A stretch of DNA of 64,000 bases from Okamejei kenojei (GCA_035221665.1 CM069134.1:19406001-19470000); one strand, 5' to 3'. Numbered from the stretch's first letter, positions 12,898 through 25,700 are shown. Numbers and translations are program-made. The notes: generated by a model from the sequence alone, not told the origin.

Positions 12898-13139
12898 ACT
12901 GATCAGAGACCTCCATACAAAATATCACCCTTCCATCACAACCCTCTGTCTTCTGTCAGTCAGTCAGTTCTGAATCCATACACCCAAGTTAAGCTGGGCA
13001 TCATAATCTTCTGGAACAACCTACCATGGGTGACTATCAAATGCTTTACTTAAATCCATGTTGACAACATCCATCATCCTCATCGATCACCTTCATCACC
13101 TCATCAAAAAACTTTAAAAAAATATTTAACCACATCTAA

Positions 13140-13750
13140 CCACTTACCCCTCACATTCAATGACATTACCATCGCAGTTCTCACAATCAACATCCTTGGG
13201 ATGACCGTGGACCAGAAACTCTGTAAGACCAGCCACAAAAACACCCAAGGCTACAAGAGCAGGTCGGCTGCTGAGTATCCTGCAGTAAATGCCTCCGCTC
13301 CTGACACACTAAACCGATAGGAAAGTGCTGAAGTAACTCAACGGGTCAGGCGGCATCTATGGAGAACAACGCTAGGCGACGGTTTGGGACCCGACCAGAA
13401 ACATCACCTATCCATGCTCTCCAGAGAGGCTGCCTGACCCGCTGAGTTACTCTAACATTATGTGTCCTTTAGTGTAAACCACCACCTGCAGTTCCTTGTT
13501 TCAACTCTAAACCGATTGTACCTTGTTCATGGAATGCCAGGGGTGTGAAGAAATACTCTCTGATTGTCAGGTCCACCCATGATCAAGAAGCATGATATCA
13601 TCCTGCATTAAACCATCCCATTGATTCATCCCAAACACAGTCAGCACACAGCAACTATGGTATGTGTACTATTTAGAAATAACACTATGGTTACTCACCC
13701 AGTCCACTCCAAAAGCACTCAGAAACCTATAACCTCTACTATCAAATAGG
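13140..13750 (+). mobile_element. Degenerate LINE RT relic interrupted by a fold-back pLTR element (13320-13505)
   Basis: tcaacatccttggg...gaccagaaactc...ggctacaagagcaggtc resembles a LINE RT C-terminus. The inserted palindrome is flanked by taaaccgat on both sides. Confidence 0.55.
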
Positions 13751-13929
13751 CTCCCGGCACATTGTTGCCAAATCTCTCAGGCGATGTAAGCCAACTATTG
13801 ACTTGTCCAAACCTGAGAAGCTTGCTACAACCCTATATGATAAATTGCCCCAAACCCCCAATATATTGTTGGACTTAACCAGCTGTCCCTAATCAGGAGT
13901 CAGAATTCTAGTCTTCTAAAGAGAGTTTG

Positions 13930-14268
13930 TTTTGTTTAGTTTAGTTTACTTTACTTTTGTTTAGTTTAGAGGTACAGCGCGGAAACAGGCCCTTGGGCCC
14001 ATCAAGCGCGCACCGACCAGCGATCCCCATGCACCAACACTATCCTACTACACACACTGGGGACAATTTAAAACTTAAACTTTTACCAAGCCAATTGGCC
14101 TACAAACCTGTACGTCTTTGGAGTGTGGGAGGAAACCGGAGCACCCAGAGAAAACACATGCTGGTCATGGGGAGAACGTGCAAACTCTGTACAGACAGCA
14201 CCTGTAGACAGGATTGAACCCGTGTCTCTGGTGCTGTGAGGCGGCAACTCTACCGCTGTGCCACCACA
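13930..14268 (-). mobile_element. HE1/V-SINE-like SINE, full length
   Basis: (tttag)n tail, cagcgcggaaacaggccc, reverse V core and reverse tRNA head ctctaccgctgtgccacc. Confidence 0.88.
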
Positions 14269-15099
14269 ATAATATTTGGCAAATGGTGTCAACAAAACTC
14301 TAGAGTTGAAATCACTTATTTCAAACCACTTATCACTTCCTGTGCTTTAATAGGAGTCCCATGGAAGGAATAGTTTGCTTCTCATCCAACAACATTTATA
14401 TTTATTCCCCCTCTGTAAAATAAAATCTTTGCTGGGCCTAAATTATATTTGATCACTAAAAGGAAAAAAAAAATCAAGATGGCGGTTTTAGCAATGTTGA
14501 TATAATTCTCCCTTTGTCTTTTCTTCCACTGTTTCCGACTGTTTCTGACCTTGCCACCTTGTAATGCCAATAACCTGAGAGTCTGTACATCTACAAGTGA
14601 TTGTAACTAAGATTTCACAAACTGTATCCAAAACATTTTCTTTCTTTATGCAGGGCTTTTAACAGCTCTTCAGTTTATTAACAAACGAAAGTGACAATGT
14701 CATAAATCATGTCAGAACATATTAACACACCACTTGTGTACAACTTCATTGTGACAAAAAGTAACATAGTGGGGTCAAAAGCGCGTCTCATAACGCAATG
14801 GCCCTGCAAAAATTTAAATGAACACATTTAAAGCTTTTGCTCCAATCATGAATATGGACAATAAATCATTTGTAACTATGTATTATGGCTTACATCATCA
14901 GTCTCATTGGCTACTAAAGATCATTCTCCCATTTCAACAGGCTGGTGATTGCTATTAACTAGAAACTAGCTGGCAAAGCCGAAAGAAAACTATGGCTATA
15001 AGAACACACCAGAGACTTTACAGATATTTTACAGAATTGTCTTGAGACCCCAAACCTTTACCAAGAGCTGCGAAGCCCGATCAGGATTGAATGGAACTT

Positions 15100-15705
15100 T
15101 GAATATAGAAAATACTGCCCAGGAACAGGCCCTTTCACCCACCGTGGCTGCCGAACATGATGCAAAGCTAAACTAATCGCATCTGCCTGCACATGATCCA
15201 TACCCCTCCATTCCCAGCACAATGTGCCCATCTAAAGCCCTCTTAAACACCACTATCATCTCTGCCACCACCACCTACCCCAGCAATGTGTTCCAGGTAC
15301 CCACCTGTGTGAAAATCTTGCCCCGCATGTCCTTTAAACGTTGCCTCTTTTATCTGACGGAATAACCTATCTATGCCTCTCATAATGTTATATACTGCTA
15401 ATAGGTCTCCCCTCAGCCTCCGAAGCTCCAGGAGAAACAATCCAGGTTTGTCTAACCTTTCCATATTGTTAATACCCTCTAATCCGGGCAGCATGCTGAT
15501 AAACCTCATCTGCACCCCTCCATTGCCTATGCAAAAACAAAGAATTTAATTGTACCTAGGTAAAGTGACAATAAAATATTGTTGAATCATCGACTCATTA
15601 AATCCACATCCTTCCAACATTGGGGCATTCAGAACTGTACACAATACTCCAGATGCAGCCTAACCAATGTCCTATAAAGCTGCATCATGACTTCCTGACT
15701 CTAAT
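15100..15705 (-). mobile_element. CR1-type LINE 3' end
   Basis: QMRFISMLPGLEG...ERLDKPGLFLLELRRLRGDLLAVYNIMRGIDR is the CR1 ORF2 C-terminus, followed by the CR1 3'UTR. Confidence 0.88.
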
Positions 15706-16205
15706 GTTTAAGAAAGAACTGCAGATGCTGGAAAAATCAAAGGTAGACAAAAATGCTGGAGAAACTCAGCGGGTGAGGCAGTATCTATGGAGCGAAGGAA
15801 TAGGTGACGTTTCGGGTCGAGACCCTTCTTCAGACTGATGTGGGGGTGGGGGCGGGAAGAAAAAATGAAGAGGCAGAGACAGTAGGCCGTGGGAGAGCTG
15901 GGAAGGTGAGGGGAAGGAGGGAAAAAGCAAGGACTACCTGGAATTGGAGGAGTCCAAATTCATACCGCTGGGGTGTAAACTACCCAAGCGAAATATGAGG
16001 TGCTGCTCCTCCAATTTGCGGTGGGCCTCACTCTGGTCATGGAGACGGCCCAGGGTGGAAAGGTCGGATTCAGAATGGGAGGAGGAGTTAAGTGCTGAGC
16101 TACCGGGAGATCAGGTCGGTTAATGCGAACTGAGCTGAGGTGTTGTGCGAAGCGATCGCCAAGCTTGGTCTCACTGATGTAGAGCAGTTGACACCTAGAA
16201 CAGCA
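15706..16205 (-). mobile_element. Penelope-like element 3' fragment (GIY-YIG plus terminal repeat, intact hammerhead core 15806-15833)
   Basis: Reverse complement of the 12443-12897 element; contains gacgtttcgggtcgagacccttcttcag. Confidence 0.9.
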
Positions 16206-16209
16206 GCTA

Positions 16210-16882
16210 CTGGTTATTCCGGGCCGATCTGAGGCCTGACTCCAAGGGCGCCAATGGCTGATGCTCTACTGGGGCACACAAGAAGGGAGAGGAGTGGCAA
16301 CCTCAAGATCCTGGGGAGGGAGAGTGGGGGAGGAGAGGGGATAGAGGGAGAGGAGGGGAGAGGAGTTATGGAGGGAGGGAGTGACTGAGGGTAGGGGAAA
16401 GGAGAGGTGAGGAAGGGATTGGGGGAGGGTAGGAGGGAAAATAAGAGGGATGAGGTGAGGAGGGAGGAGGGGAAATGGAGGGAGATGAGGGGGGAGTAGA
16501 GGACGGGGAGTGGGGGAGGTAGGCAGTGGGGAATAGAGGGAGAGGAGGGCAGTGGGGAAGGTGAGGAGGGATAGGGACAGGAGGAGGTGAGGAGTGGGGG
16601 ATAGAGGGATAGGAGGGGGGAGAGGAGTTATGGAAGGATTGAGGGAGAGAGGGGAGTGACTTTGGGAGTGAATGAGGGTAGGGGAAAGGAGAGGAAGAGA
16701 GAGGTGAGGGAGGGATTGGTGGAGGGGAGGAGGAGAGGGGAAAAAAGAGGGAGGGTGAAGAGGAGGGGGAGAGAGCGCTAGAGATGCGGGGAAATGAACT
16801 GCGCCTGTGCCGTTGAGGGCTATGGGTGAGTGGTGGAATATTGTGTTGGGGGACCAAGCCCAACGGGTCCCACTTAGTCTAG
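16210..16882 (+). mobile_element. Candidate non-autonomous Helitron-like element with purine-rich internal repeat
   Basis: Terminal hairpin GGGACC (16850-16855)...GGTCCC (16866-16871) followed by CTAG (16879-16882)|T. Interior 16310-16775 is a G/A-rich degenerate tandem tract. The 5' boundary is uncertain. Confidence 0.5.
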
Positions 16883-16944
16883 TAACTATCTATTGTTAAA
16901 TTGATAAATGCAACGTCTACAATTTTGAATGGGTAACCAATATA

Positions 16945-18358
16945 AATCAAAAGAAAACATACAAATGTTTATTAATTCAAATTATGTTTGTGTTCCTAAA
17001 TGCTTGAATCAGAAATCTGAAAGGAGCATTTGATGTTTTACTGAAAACTGAAATCATTGGATGTAGAACAAGTATAAGATAACAAACCAATATTATTTTC
17101 AAAAAAGTCACCTTTTAATCTGTTTTCAAGGAACAAATAACAATACAAGCAATGACAATAAAAATGCACTGACCGGCCTAAACGCCAGTTTGTCTTTTTA
17201 TACACTTTGCATTATCAAAGCCAACAATCCTCAAGACATTTGTTTCCGTAAAGTATTTACATTTCATCACATAGGTAGTAAAGTTTGCATTTTATTTTGT
17301 CTTGCATATATTTAACCTATAGACAGGCGATATCGACGTGTTTATTTTTTTTTTTACAAAACTTACAAAAGGTAATGCAACATCGAATTTACCTGAGAGG
17401 AAATTTGTTCTTAGCATAATGTTTCTTTTCTCAAACTACCAAAAGGACTACACGGGTGATTCTTAATAGACAGAAAATGAAGTATCCTGTTACAGATACT
17501 GACGTAGTTATTGTCTTTAAATTACATAAGTACCATTAACTTAGAAGGTTTACATTCATTACAAGAAGGTTGTTTAAATTTGAACCATTTTGATTTAACA
17601 CTGATCGCTGCAATGCTAATTGCATTTTGTTTTGTACAATGAAGTTTTCAATATGTGGCAGAATGCGTCCACTTGTTACCCTGTTTCATACACATTGGCC
17701 ACCATGAAGTCAATCACTACAATGGGAACTCACATTACATTAACTAACCTTTATTGTCACTAAGTCACTTCAAACATAATTTGCTTCCATACATAATCAT
17801 TGTAGGGACCAACTGAAACAGTAATGTGGGAAGGTTTGTTTCCGTCACACACACCAGTGAAAATGAGGCAATGTTAAATTAGTCCTGACTACAGTACAGA
17901 ACACACCTCAGTTGTTTCTTCACATCAGTTTTGGCATCTGTTCCATCTATATTCCGAAAGTACTCATTACAGCTTTTTGTTAAATAAAACTAAATGGATC
18001 CAAAATAAACAGGCAGCTTTACTGGCTGCTGGAGGATGTGCCTTTCCTTGGAGATAGGGCGGAAATTATGTTCAGAGATGTGCTGTTATCTGACTCCATG
18101 GAGCTGTTCGTCATCTGTCCACATTGCCTGCTGGAAGGGTTGAAAGTCCTGCAATGTTGAAGTCAGTGGAGAGAAAAGAGTTAGAGAAAGTCTGGCCAAT
18201 GTTCCCTTCAGTCAAATCTTGCGAAAATTAGGTGCCATTTTTATGCCTGTGATTTTTTTTTGATTTTTTATAATGCCACATATCTGAAAATGTGAAATAT
18301 GCTGAGCCCAGGATGATTTAAAAATATTTGCTAGAGGAAGGGGTGGCGTTAATTAGAA
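16945..18358 (-). other. gata6: gata6 3'UTR (putative)
   Basis: Repeat-free, AU-rich stretch directly after the stop region. AATAAA on the minus strand at 16968-16973 is followed by a U/GU-rich tract; other AATAAA copies lie near 17292, 17341 and 17749. Confidence 0.6.
16968..16973 (-). terminator. Candidate polyadenylation signal AATAAA of gata6
   Basis: tttatt on the plus strand. The downstream minus-strand sequence catttgtatgttttcttttgattt is U/GU-rich, and unique sequence ends about 85 bp later. Confidence 0.5.
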
Positions 18359-18502
18359 TTATAGTGCCCCACCAAAACTATCTGAACGGAACACAAATTT
18401 TAGATGCAGTGGTTTGATCCTGCCTGCCCGATTCTTGATCTGCAAACTTAAGTGCACTACTTCCTGGGCTGCCTGTTTCTGCTTGGACTGATGTTGCCGA
18501 GA
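18359..18502 (-). CDS. gata6: GATA6 last coding exon (boundary and frame uncertain; alternative model 18378-18596)
   Basis: One frame gives VSATSVQAETGSPGSSALKFADQE, similar to the GATA6 C-terminal '...ESANPENSDLKYSGQD' segment. The acceptor cccag|TCT at 18502 instead opens a different frame ending RSDSFGGAL*. An upstream acceptor tttccag|TCA at 18596 is in the first frame. See findings. Confidence 0.65.
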   Translation of the reverse strand, partial: SRQHQSKQKQAAQEVVHLSLQIKNRAGRIKPLHLKFVFRSDSFGGAL

Positions 18503-19178
18503 CTGGGCGGTCAACAAAGATGAAAGAATGCATTAGATTGCATCTGAACTGAGTGACATGCTGTACAATGTCACAGAACAAAACAAATGCAACTGACTGG
18601 AAACAAAAATACAAAAATCAATTAGCAAGGTGAATAAAAGTGTCATTTTATTCAGCAATGTAAGTGCACTTAAAATTAAACAGCATTGTCATTTTCCTAG
18701 CTCTCAGAGGAGAACTTAACACAACCAAAAATCCTCAATTTACCTGACGTGAAATTTCACCTTTTACCATCAGCAAACATTGAACAGTCATTAACTTAGT
18801 TCTCGCTTTAAAGAAATAACATCATTCAAAACAAATAATCTTTTCTCAGATATTAATGAAAAGTAAAACCCACCAAGAACAAACAAGGACCCGGCGTGGG
18901 AGGTGGGGGCGAGAAGGAAAAGGGACATCGGGACTATATTGAATACTTTTGTAACTTTGTAACTGCCCTATACTTGGCGACTCTTTGCGTACTTGCGTAT
19001 TATACGCAAAACAAAGAATTTCACTGTAACAAGTAAAGTATCAATCAATCAATTAATAATATGCAAGACAAAAACAATTTGAAGCATGTCCTTTCTGAAG
19101 CTGGTGATTATCTGCTTTGATCATGTAGAGAAATTAGCTGATGGAATTGTACAACTGATTTGATTTTTCTCTGTACAT

Positions 19179-19575
19179 AATGAATGAATGAATGAATGAA
19201 TGAATGAATGAATGAATAAGTTTATTGGCCAAGTATTCACATACAAGGAATTTGCCTTGGTGCTCCGCCCACGTGACAACATGACATACAGTGACAGTTA
19301 GGAGTGACACATAAAACATTAAACATTAATAATAAAACATTACTGATTAAACATGTGCATTAAATAAAATACCAGAGCAAAAGGAGGCTACAGATTTTTG
19401 GTTATGGAGTAGAGCTACTAATCCTGGGAAAAAAGCTGTTTTTATGTCTGGCTGTGGCAGCTTTGACAGTCCGGAGTCGCCTTCCAGAGGGAAGTGATTC
19501 AAAGAGTTTGTGGCCAGGGTGAGAGGGGTCAGAGATGATCTTACCTGCTCGCTTCCTGGCCTTTGCAGTGTACAG
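19179..19575 (-). mobile_element. Rex1/Babar-type LINE 3' end with (TTCA)n tail
   Basis: LYTAKARKRAGKIISDPSHPGHKLFESLPSGRRLRTVKAATARHKNSFFP is a Rex/Babar terminal motif. The (tgaa)n microsatellite at 19179-19217 is its tail. Confidence 0.88.
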
Positions 19576-20329
19576 TGACACAATCAAACCAATGCTAAAT
19601 CTGAGATAAACTATTCAATCGTGTCATATAGACAGGTTGACACAAAATGCTGGTGTAACTCAGCGGGTGAGGCAGCATATCTGGAGAGAAGGAATGGGTG
19701 ACGTTTGTTATATAGACACTTGGCCTCACTAAAATTTGGTTTCTTAGCCTTTCCAGTTTATGGACTCAAAAGAACAATTCAATGTGGAAAACTATCAACT
19801 AAAGCATGTGGATAAAGTTATCAGCTGCCAACAGTCTCTCAAGTAATATTTTGCCTGTGCTCCCTTTATATTTTGGTAACCAAACTAAACAGAATAAGAC
19901 AACATTTTGGGATGAGAATAGACTATATTCGCAGCATGGGATAATTCAATTTATATACTCAGCAATATAGTGTATTCTCCTATAGCTTTCCTGTTTGCAG
20001 CTTGGCATTGAGTAGACATACAATGGAATGAGATATTTGAATAGATGAAATAAAGAAAGAATCTTATATATGTGGAATAAACAACATGGAGTTATTTGGT
20101 CAAATATCCCACCTATGTAGTGTAAATTACATCAAGCTTATTCTGCCGTTAGTTTACCGCCCATGCTTTGATACTATTTATTGCTCCTTTATTGTATAAC
20201 ATACTAAAATTACATTTATTTTTTTACTTATTGCTTGCACTCAAATTAACCTTGTTTTGCAGACATTAAGCTACCTTGTTAATTTTGATATAAATTTTAG
20301 ACGGCTGGAATCGGTGATGTTTCACTTCT

Positions 20330-20424
20330 GTCTGAAGGGTCTCGACCCGAAACATCACACATTTCTTCTCTCCAGAGATGCTGCCTGTCCCGTTGAGTTA
20401 CTCCAGCATTTTGTGTCCATCTTT
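20330..20424 (+). mobile_element. Solo pLTR-derived element, mutated hammerhead core
   Basis: tctgaagggtctcgacccgaaacatcac...agatgctgcctgtcccgttgagttactccagcattttgtgtc. Confidence 0.8.
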
Positions 20425-20519
20425 TGTGTTTGCTTTTCTGACAGAGAATTTCAGACTATGCTTAACTTCTGCAAATAGTGTTCACTTTTACTCGTGCAAG
20501 CAACAGATTGGAAGCTTAC

Positions 20520-20641
20520 CCCAGAAGCTGAGACTGTGGTCTGGCCAGAGGGTGAGCAGCTTTTCACTCGTGGTATCTCCTCCTGATTCGATGCAGAAGA
20601 TGATGAGGAAGATGGAGTCATTGCGACTGCATTGCTTGTAC
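20520..20641 (-). CDS. gata6: GATA6 Ser/Thr-rich penultimate coding exon
   Basis: STSNAVAMTPSSSSSSASNQEEIPRVKSCSPSGQTTVSASG resembles the GATA6 'MTPTSTSSN...PTASG' segment. Acceptor tttttctgcag|G, donor GGG|gtaagc. 122 bp, phase 1 to 0. Confidence 0.93.
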
Positions 20642-20736
20642 CTGCAGAAAAATAATTTGAGCTAATGAAGCATCTTGCTGAAGGTGAATATATTAGTTAT
20701 CTTTCAGACTTTTTCAACTAATAATTGCAGACTCAC

Positions 20737-20824
20737 TTGAAGTGCTCTTGGACTTGTTTAAATTTTTAGGTTTTCTTTTTCGAGTCTGGATTCCTTCTTT
20801 CTTCATTGCCAGAGGCCTTGGGAC
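20737..20824 (-). CDS. gata6: GATA6 exon encoding the basic region/NLS
   Basis: [29 protein letters not shown]. Acceptor gcaaag|GTC, donor A|gtgagt. 88 bp, phase 0 to 1. Confidence 0.98.
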
Positions 20825-21083
20825 CTTTGCATGTGAAGGAAAATATGTATTTTTGAAAATGTTGTGAAATCTTAACTAAGAAATAACAAATATAAGCACT
20901 TCAGACCAAAATATTTTCATTTTGATGCATTGGAAAATTTATAATTCCTCAATTATTATGTACCATATATTAATAAAATTACTACATTCCCTTGTTCATT
21001 GTAATAGAATATTTGCAACCAATTTTGTATTACAGTTTCAAATTAATACTCTCTGAAGCATAGCTGTTAACAGGAGCCAAATA

Positions 21084-21177
21084 GTCTGAAGAAGGGTCTC
21101 GACCCGAAACGTCGCCTATCTCCTTCGCTCCTTAGATGCTGCTGCACCCGCTGAGTTTCTCCAGCCTTTTGTGTACC
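21084..21177 (+). mobile_element. Solo pLTR-derived element with intact minimal hammerhead ribozyme core (21086-21113)
   Basis: CTGAAGA-A-GGGT-CTCG-ACCC-GAAAC-GTC; antisense to gata6. Confidence 0.85.
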
Positions 21178-21295
21178 CTAGTCAATATTAAAGATTGTTT
21201 TTTTTCCTTTGATGCTGTTCGTATATTAACATACTCAAAGTAAGTCACTTTAATTGTTCTTTTCTCTTTGAAATTCTCCCGATGTGGAAAAATCA

Positions 21296-21532
<237 letters not shown>

Positions 21533-21779
21533 TTACAGCAAATATTCACATTACATCTAACATTTTCAAAAATTGTCTCAAAATGTAAAGCAAGCCCAAA
21601 CTAAATAAATTATAGGAACAGGATTGGGCCCCTTAATCCTGTTGTGTAATTTAATAAGCTTATGGCTGGCCTGTTACCCCACTCCAAATATCTGTCTTTA
21701 TCCCTTAATATATTGTGTTCACAATAATTCCTCAATATCAAATTTAAAATTAACAATCAACTCATGGCATTCACTAAGA

Positions 21780-22790
21780 GTGCTAGAGTCATGTAGATGT
21801 GCAGCAAAAATTGTGATCTTCAGCCTCCAATATCCACAAAATATTTACCCATCTACACAAATCCCAATTACCTATATTAGGAATGTGTCATTCCATGCCT
21901 TGCCTACTTACGTATCCCGTCTAAATGCCTCTTCTACACAGTAATTGTATTTGATTCCACCACCTCTTCTCGCAATACCAGATAAAAAACATTTTCAATA
22001 TAAAACACTTACTCCTCAGATCCCCTTTAAAACTCCTATGTCTCACCATGAAAATCTCTTGCTTTTGAGCCTCCTACCATGAGGGAAAAAGATATTGACC
22101 ATCTACCATATCTCTGCCTTTCATAATTTTATATGTTTCTATCCAGTCATCTGCTCAGCCTCCAGGGAAAACAACCCAGCCTATTCGGTCTCTCCCAACA
22201 ACGAATGTCTTCCCATCCAGACTACACACTAGTGAAACTCCCTTGCATTCTCTCCAGCACAATCACATTATTGTGGCAACCAGAACTGTACATAATACCC
22301 CAAGTGGACCTAACTGGTGTTTTGTTAAATTGCAACATAGCATCCCAATACTTATATTCTAAGTCCCAATTTATGAAGGCAACAAGTCATAGGCCTTCTT
22401 CACCTCCCTATCTACCCATGCTGCCATTTTCAGGAAACTGTAGACTTGGTTCTAAGTCGCTCAGTTTATCAACATTCCTTAGTGCCCTTTCATTTCCATA
22501 TCTGACCCCAATAAGACTTCCCAAAATGCATCCCCTCATACTTGTCGCGATTAAATTCCATCTGCCAATGCTCAGTCCAAATATTCCAATTAATCTATAT
22601 CCGGCTGTAGCCTTAGATAACCCACCTCGCTGTTCACAACATCACTAATGTTCATGTTCATACCTCCCACATTCACATCCATTGTTAATATATTTCAAAG
22701 GTCCCAGCATTGATGTCTATGGTACACCACTGGTGACAGAGGTCCAATCTGAAAAACATCCTTCCACAACTACCCTCTGCCTCTTGAGGA
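21780..22790 (-). mobile_element. CR1-type LINE 3' region, degenerate
   Basis: Collinear similarity to the CR1 pieces at 15100-15705 and 12100-12430 (ccagaactgtacataata, attaaattccatctgcca, ggtacaccactggtgacag). Confidence 0.78.
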
Positions 22791-25700
22791 AAAGCGTTCC
22801 AACCTTCCAATATAGCAATATTTCCATGTATTGTTCCTCATACAACTGGCTTTCATTTTTAGACTATGACTCCGGGGTGCACTGTTCTCAGCCAATAGAA
22901 TTAGTTTCCACTTAGCTCAATCAAATTGCTGAGTAAATTACGACAAAGCTTATTTTGTGAAATCTCTCGGCATAATATTATCAAAGAACAGGGATCTTTT
23001 GGGTAAAGCTACACCATAATTTGCTCCAACAGTGCTTGGATTGATCATAGCACTCCAAATAAAGGCCCTGCTTCCTGGATTTTACAGATCTTTAGCATAA
23101 CTCCTACCTTCTTGAATTCTTATCTTATAGCTATAAAGGTTAGTATAACATTGCATTATTATTTGGTATCTGTCCATGACATTTTAATAATGTAATTGCA
23201 TTACTTAATATTTACACTTTATGCAACTCCAGAATACGTGACAAATAATAAATTAGGCCGATGCAAACATTTTAAGTATTAATCATAAACAGAACAAGAT
23301 TGACTCAATAGGCAATACCCGTGCGTATATTTATTGCAAATAAAATGTGACAAAAACTTCACTAGTATCACTATGACATTAATTATTTTTATTTTTTCGG
23401 TCTCATTTTAGTATGGGGCCGTTTTTCAGTAAATTATAGATCACTAATACAAGTAAACTATTAATCTCAACTATTTAAAAAATGGCACCAAATCTGTAAG
23501 TGGGTGAGGTTCCACTCCAAAATGCGGAGAGACCTATATCAGTCAAATGCAAAGGGAATGCAAAGGCAATTCAGCTTTGTTCTTTGAAAATGTATCAACG
23601 TTTACTTTTAAACAATTACAACAAATGATTTTTTGTGGAGCTGTTTCATTGCTTTGGCATTGCAGCCACATAAAACATACATTATGACTGAACTGGTTCA
23701 ATTTCAGCCTTTGACCCAAGATGTAAAGTCACACCCTATGCAAAGCTACTGCATTGGCTCCAGTTAAACTCAACCAGTTGGAGTGTAGATAAACTTCACG
23801 GTAAAAATTAATGTTGTTCAACATTTTTATTTAGTCCAAAAAACTGCTGAAAATGTCATTGGCTCTTTGATATCCTACATTACAATTAGTGCTTAAAATG
23901 TATTCCATTTTGTGGTTAGCTCAGCAATAAATTTTGATTTCTACTTCCTCACAAATTTCTGGACAAGGTGCAGAATTCTACATAATTCTTCTGAATAAAT
24001 TAAACATAAATTTCTTGTCACCCTAAAGTTCACCTCCTACTTGTGGACTAGATTTGTGACTTAAGGTGTGAAGAGTTTTGCACATTAATTATTTGCGTCT
24101 TTAGGATACTGTTTGAATGACATGATTTATGGATCTAACATGCTGCTCAAATTGAGGGCCAAGGGAATAATATTATATAATTAAATAATTTGTATAATAA
24201 TTAAATAAGGAATAATATTACTACCATTGATTTTTTAAATATTCGGTTGTAAATGTTTGCCCTTTGTAATCATTTGGACCTTTCTTTTCCAAAGTTAATA
24301 ATTATTTTCCTCTCTTTATTTCCCTTATTGTAACAAATTTTGATTGTAATCCATATGGTTGTCAGGGGTTATGGGGAGAAGGCAGGAGAATGGGTAGGAG
24401 GAAGCAATAGATAAAATAGATAAGATTCAAATAGATTAAATGGAGTAGACTTGATGGCCCAATTCTGCCCCTATCACTTATGATTCAATTTAATTCCCTC
24501 ATTTGTGTTTTTCTCTATCCTTAAATTGTCATCGTCAATAATGAACCCTGCAGCTTGAAGATCCCAAACTCCGAGATGCTAATTTTTGTAATTGCATAGT
24601 TTATTAATTGGTATTTTCGCACAATTTGCAGTGCAAAAATAACACAACCTCAAGAGTCAGGTAAAAAATCCAACTCTGTTAAGTTCTAGGCCAATATTGA
24701 TAACCCTATCAAAAGCACTTTAGAGAGCTCTTTCATTGTGTTGAAAAAGGAGAATCGGGTGTAGGTGGGAAAATAGATCAACCACGATCGAATGGTGCAG
24801 CAGTCTCGATGGGTTGAATAGCCTAATTCTGCTCATATGTCTTATGAATCAATACACGTTAAATTCTCGAGTTCTCCCTGATATTAGGATGGATTGATCA
24901 GCAATAATGACATCAAATATTTTTAAACTGTTTCTCCAGGCCTGTTGGCTAAAAAGGCATAAAACTACCTCTGTTGATAACATTAATGCAATCCAGCACA
25001 AAGTGGTTGGGAAAAATGCTCATGCATTGCAACTGTTCATCTTTTCCTGGAGATATGCAGCTATATGTCCTTCCAAAAAAAGGAACACTGCTTGTAAACC
25101 CTGCTGTTTTATTTTTTTCTCTCAAATTAATTCATGGCCTCAGTGCCAATTGAATATAATAGGTTGACCTCCAGTCTCTGCTGAAACTGCTGTGAGACAT
25201 GTCTTCCAGGATAATCTATAACAATAGCCCAGTATATTGCTCCTGGACACAGTTCTAAGAGGTCTTTTCTTGGATTGCAAACAACACCAAAGCAAAAACA
25301 CTGCCGTTTTAAGTCAAAAATGAACTCATAATATGTGCTACAAAAGTGGTTGAACTTTTTTTTTGGGGGGATTTAGGCATGACGTCACTTTTGGATCTCA
25401 CTAATTGCTCTTGGAAAGGTGGAGTTGAGCAATCTTTTTGAAAAGGTGTGACAGTAAATAATATGTAACATCAAAGAGCCTGTACAGGGTAAATATAACA
25501 AAGGCATCAAAGTATGGTTTTAATGTACTGAACAATATTTGCAGGGGGATAGAAAGAATAATAGAAAGGTACATTTCCAAAGATTAAGCAACGTTACATT
25601 ACAAAGATTAAGCTACATAAACAACTTATTACTTTCAGACGAGCGTTATGCTAATCATTTTCTGTTGAGTGACCTTCTTGGATGCAATTCGGTTAATTTG

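Larger units (their letters stand above)
11235..13110 (-). mobile_element. CR1-type LINE relic interrupted by two younger insertions
   Basis: CR1 RT antisense motifs (ttggtgtcatctgcaaa, atcaaatgctttacttaaatcca, acacctcatacttgctcagattaaactccat) run collinearly across the inserts at 11334-12110 and 12443-12897. Confidence 0.75.

Noticed and set aside
16366-16863. 165-aa Pro/Ser-rich ORF
   Set aside because: Product of a pyrimidine-rich low-complexity strand; no splice or homology support.
22133-22648. 171-aa plus-strand ORF
   Set aside because: Antisense reading of a CR1 relic.
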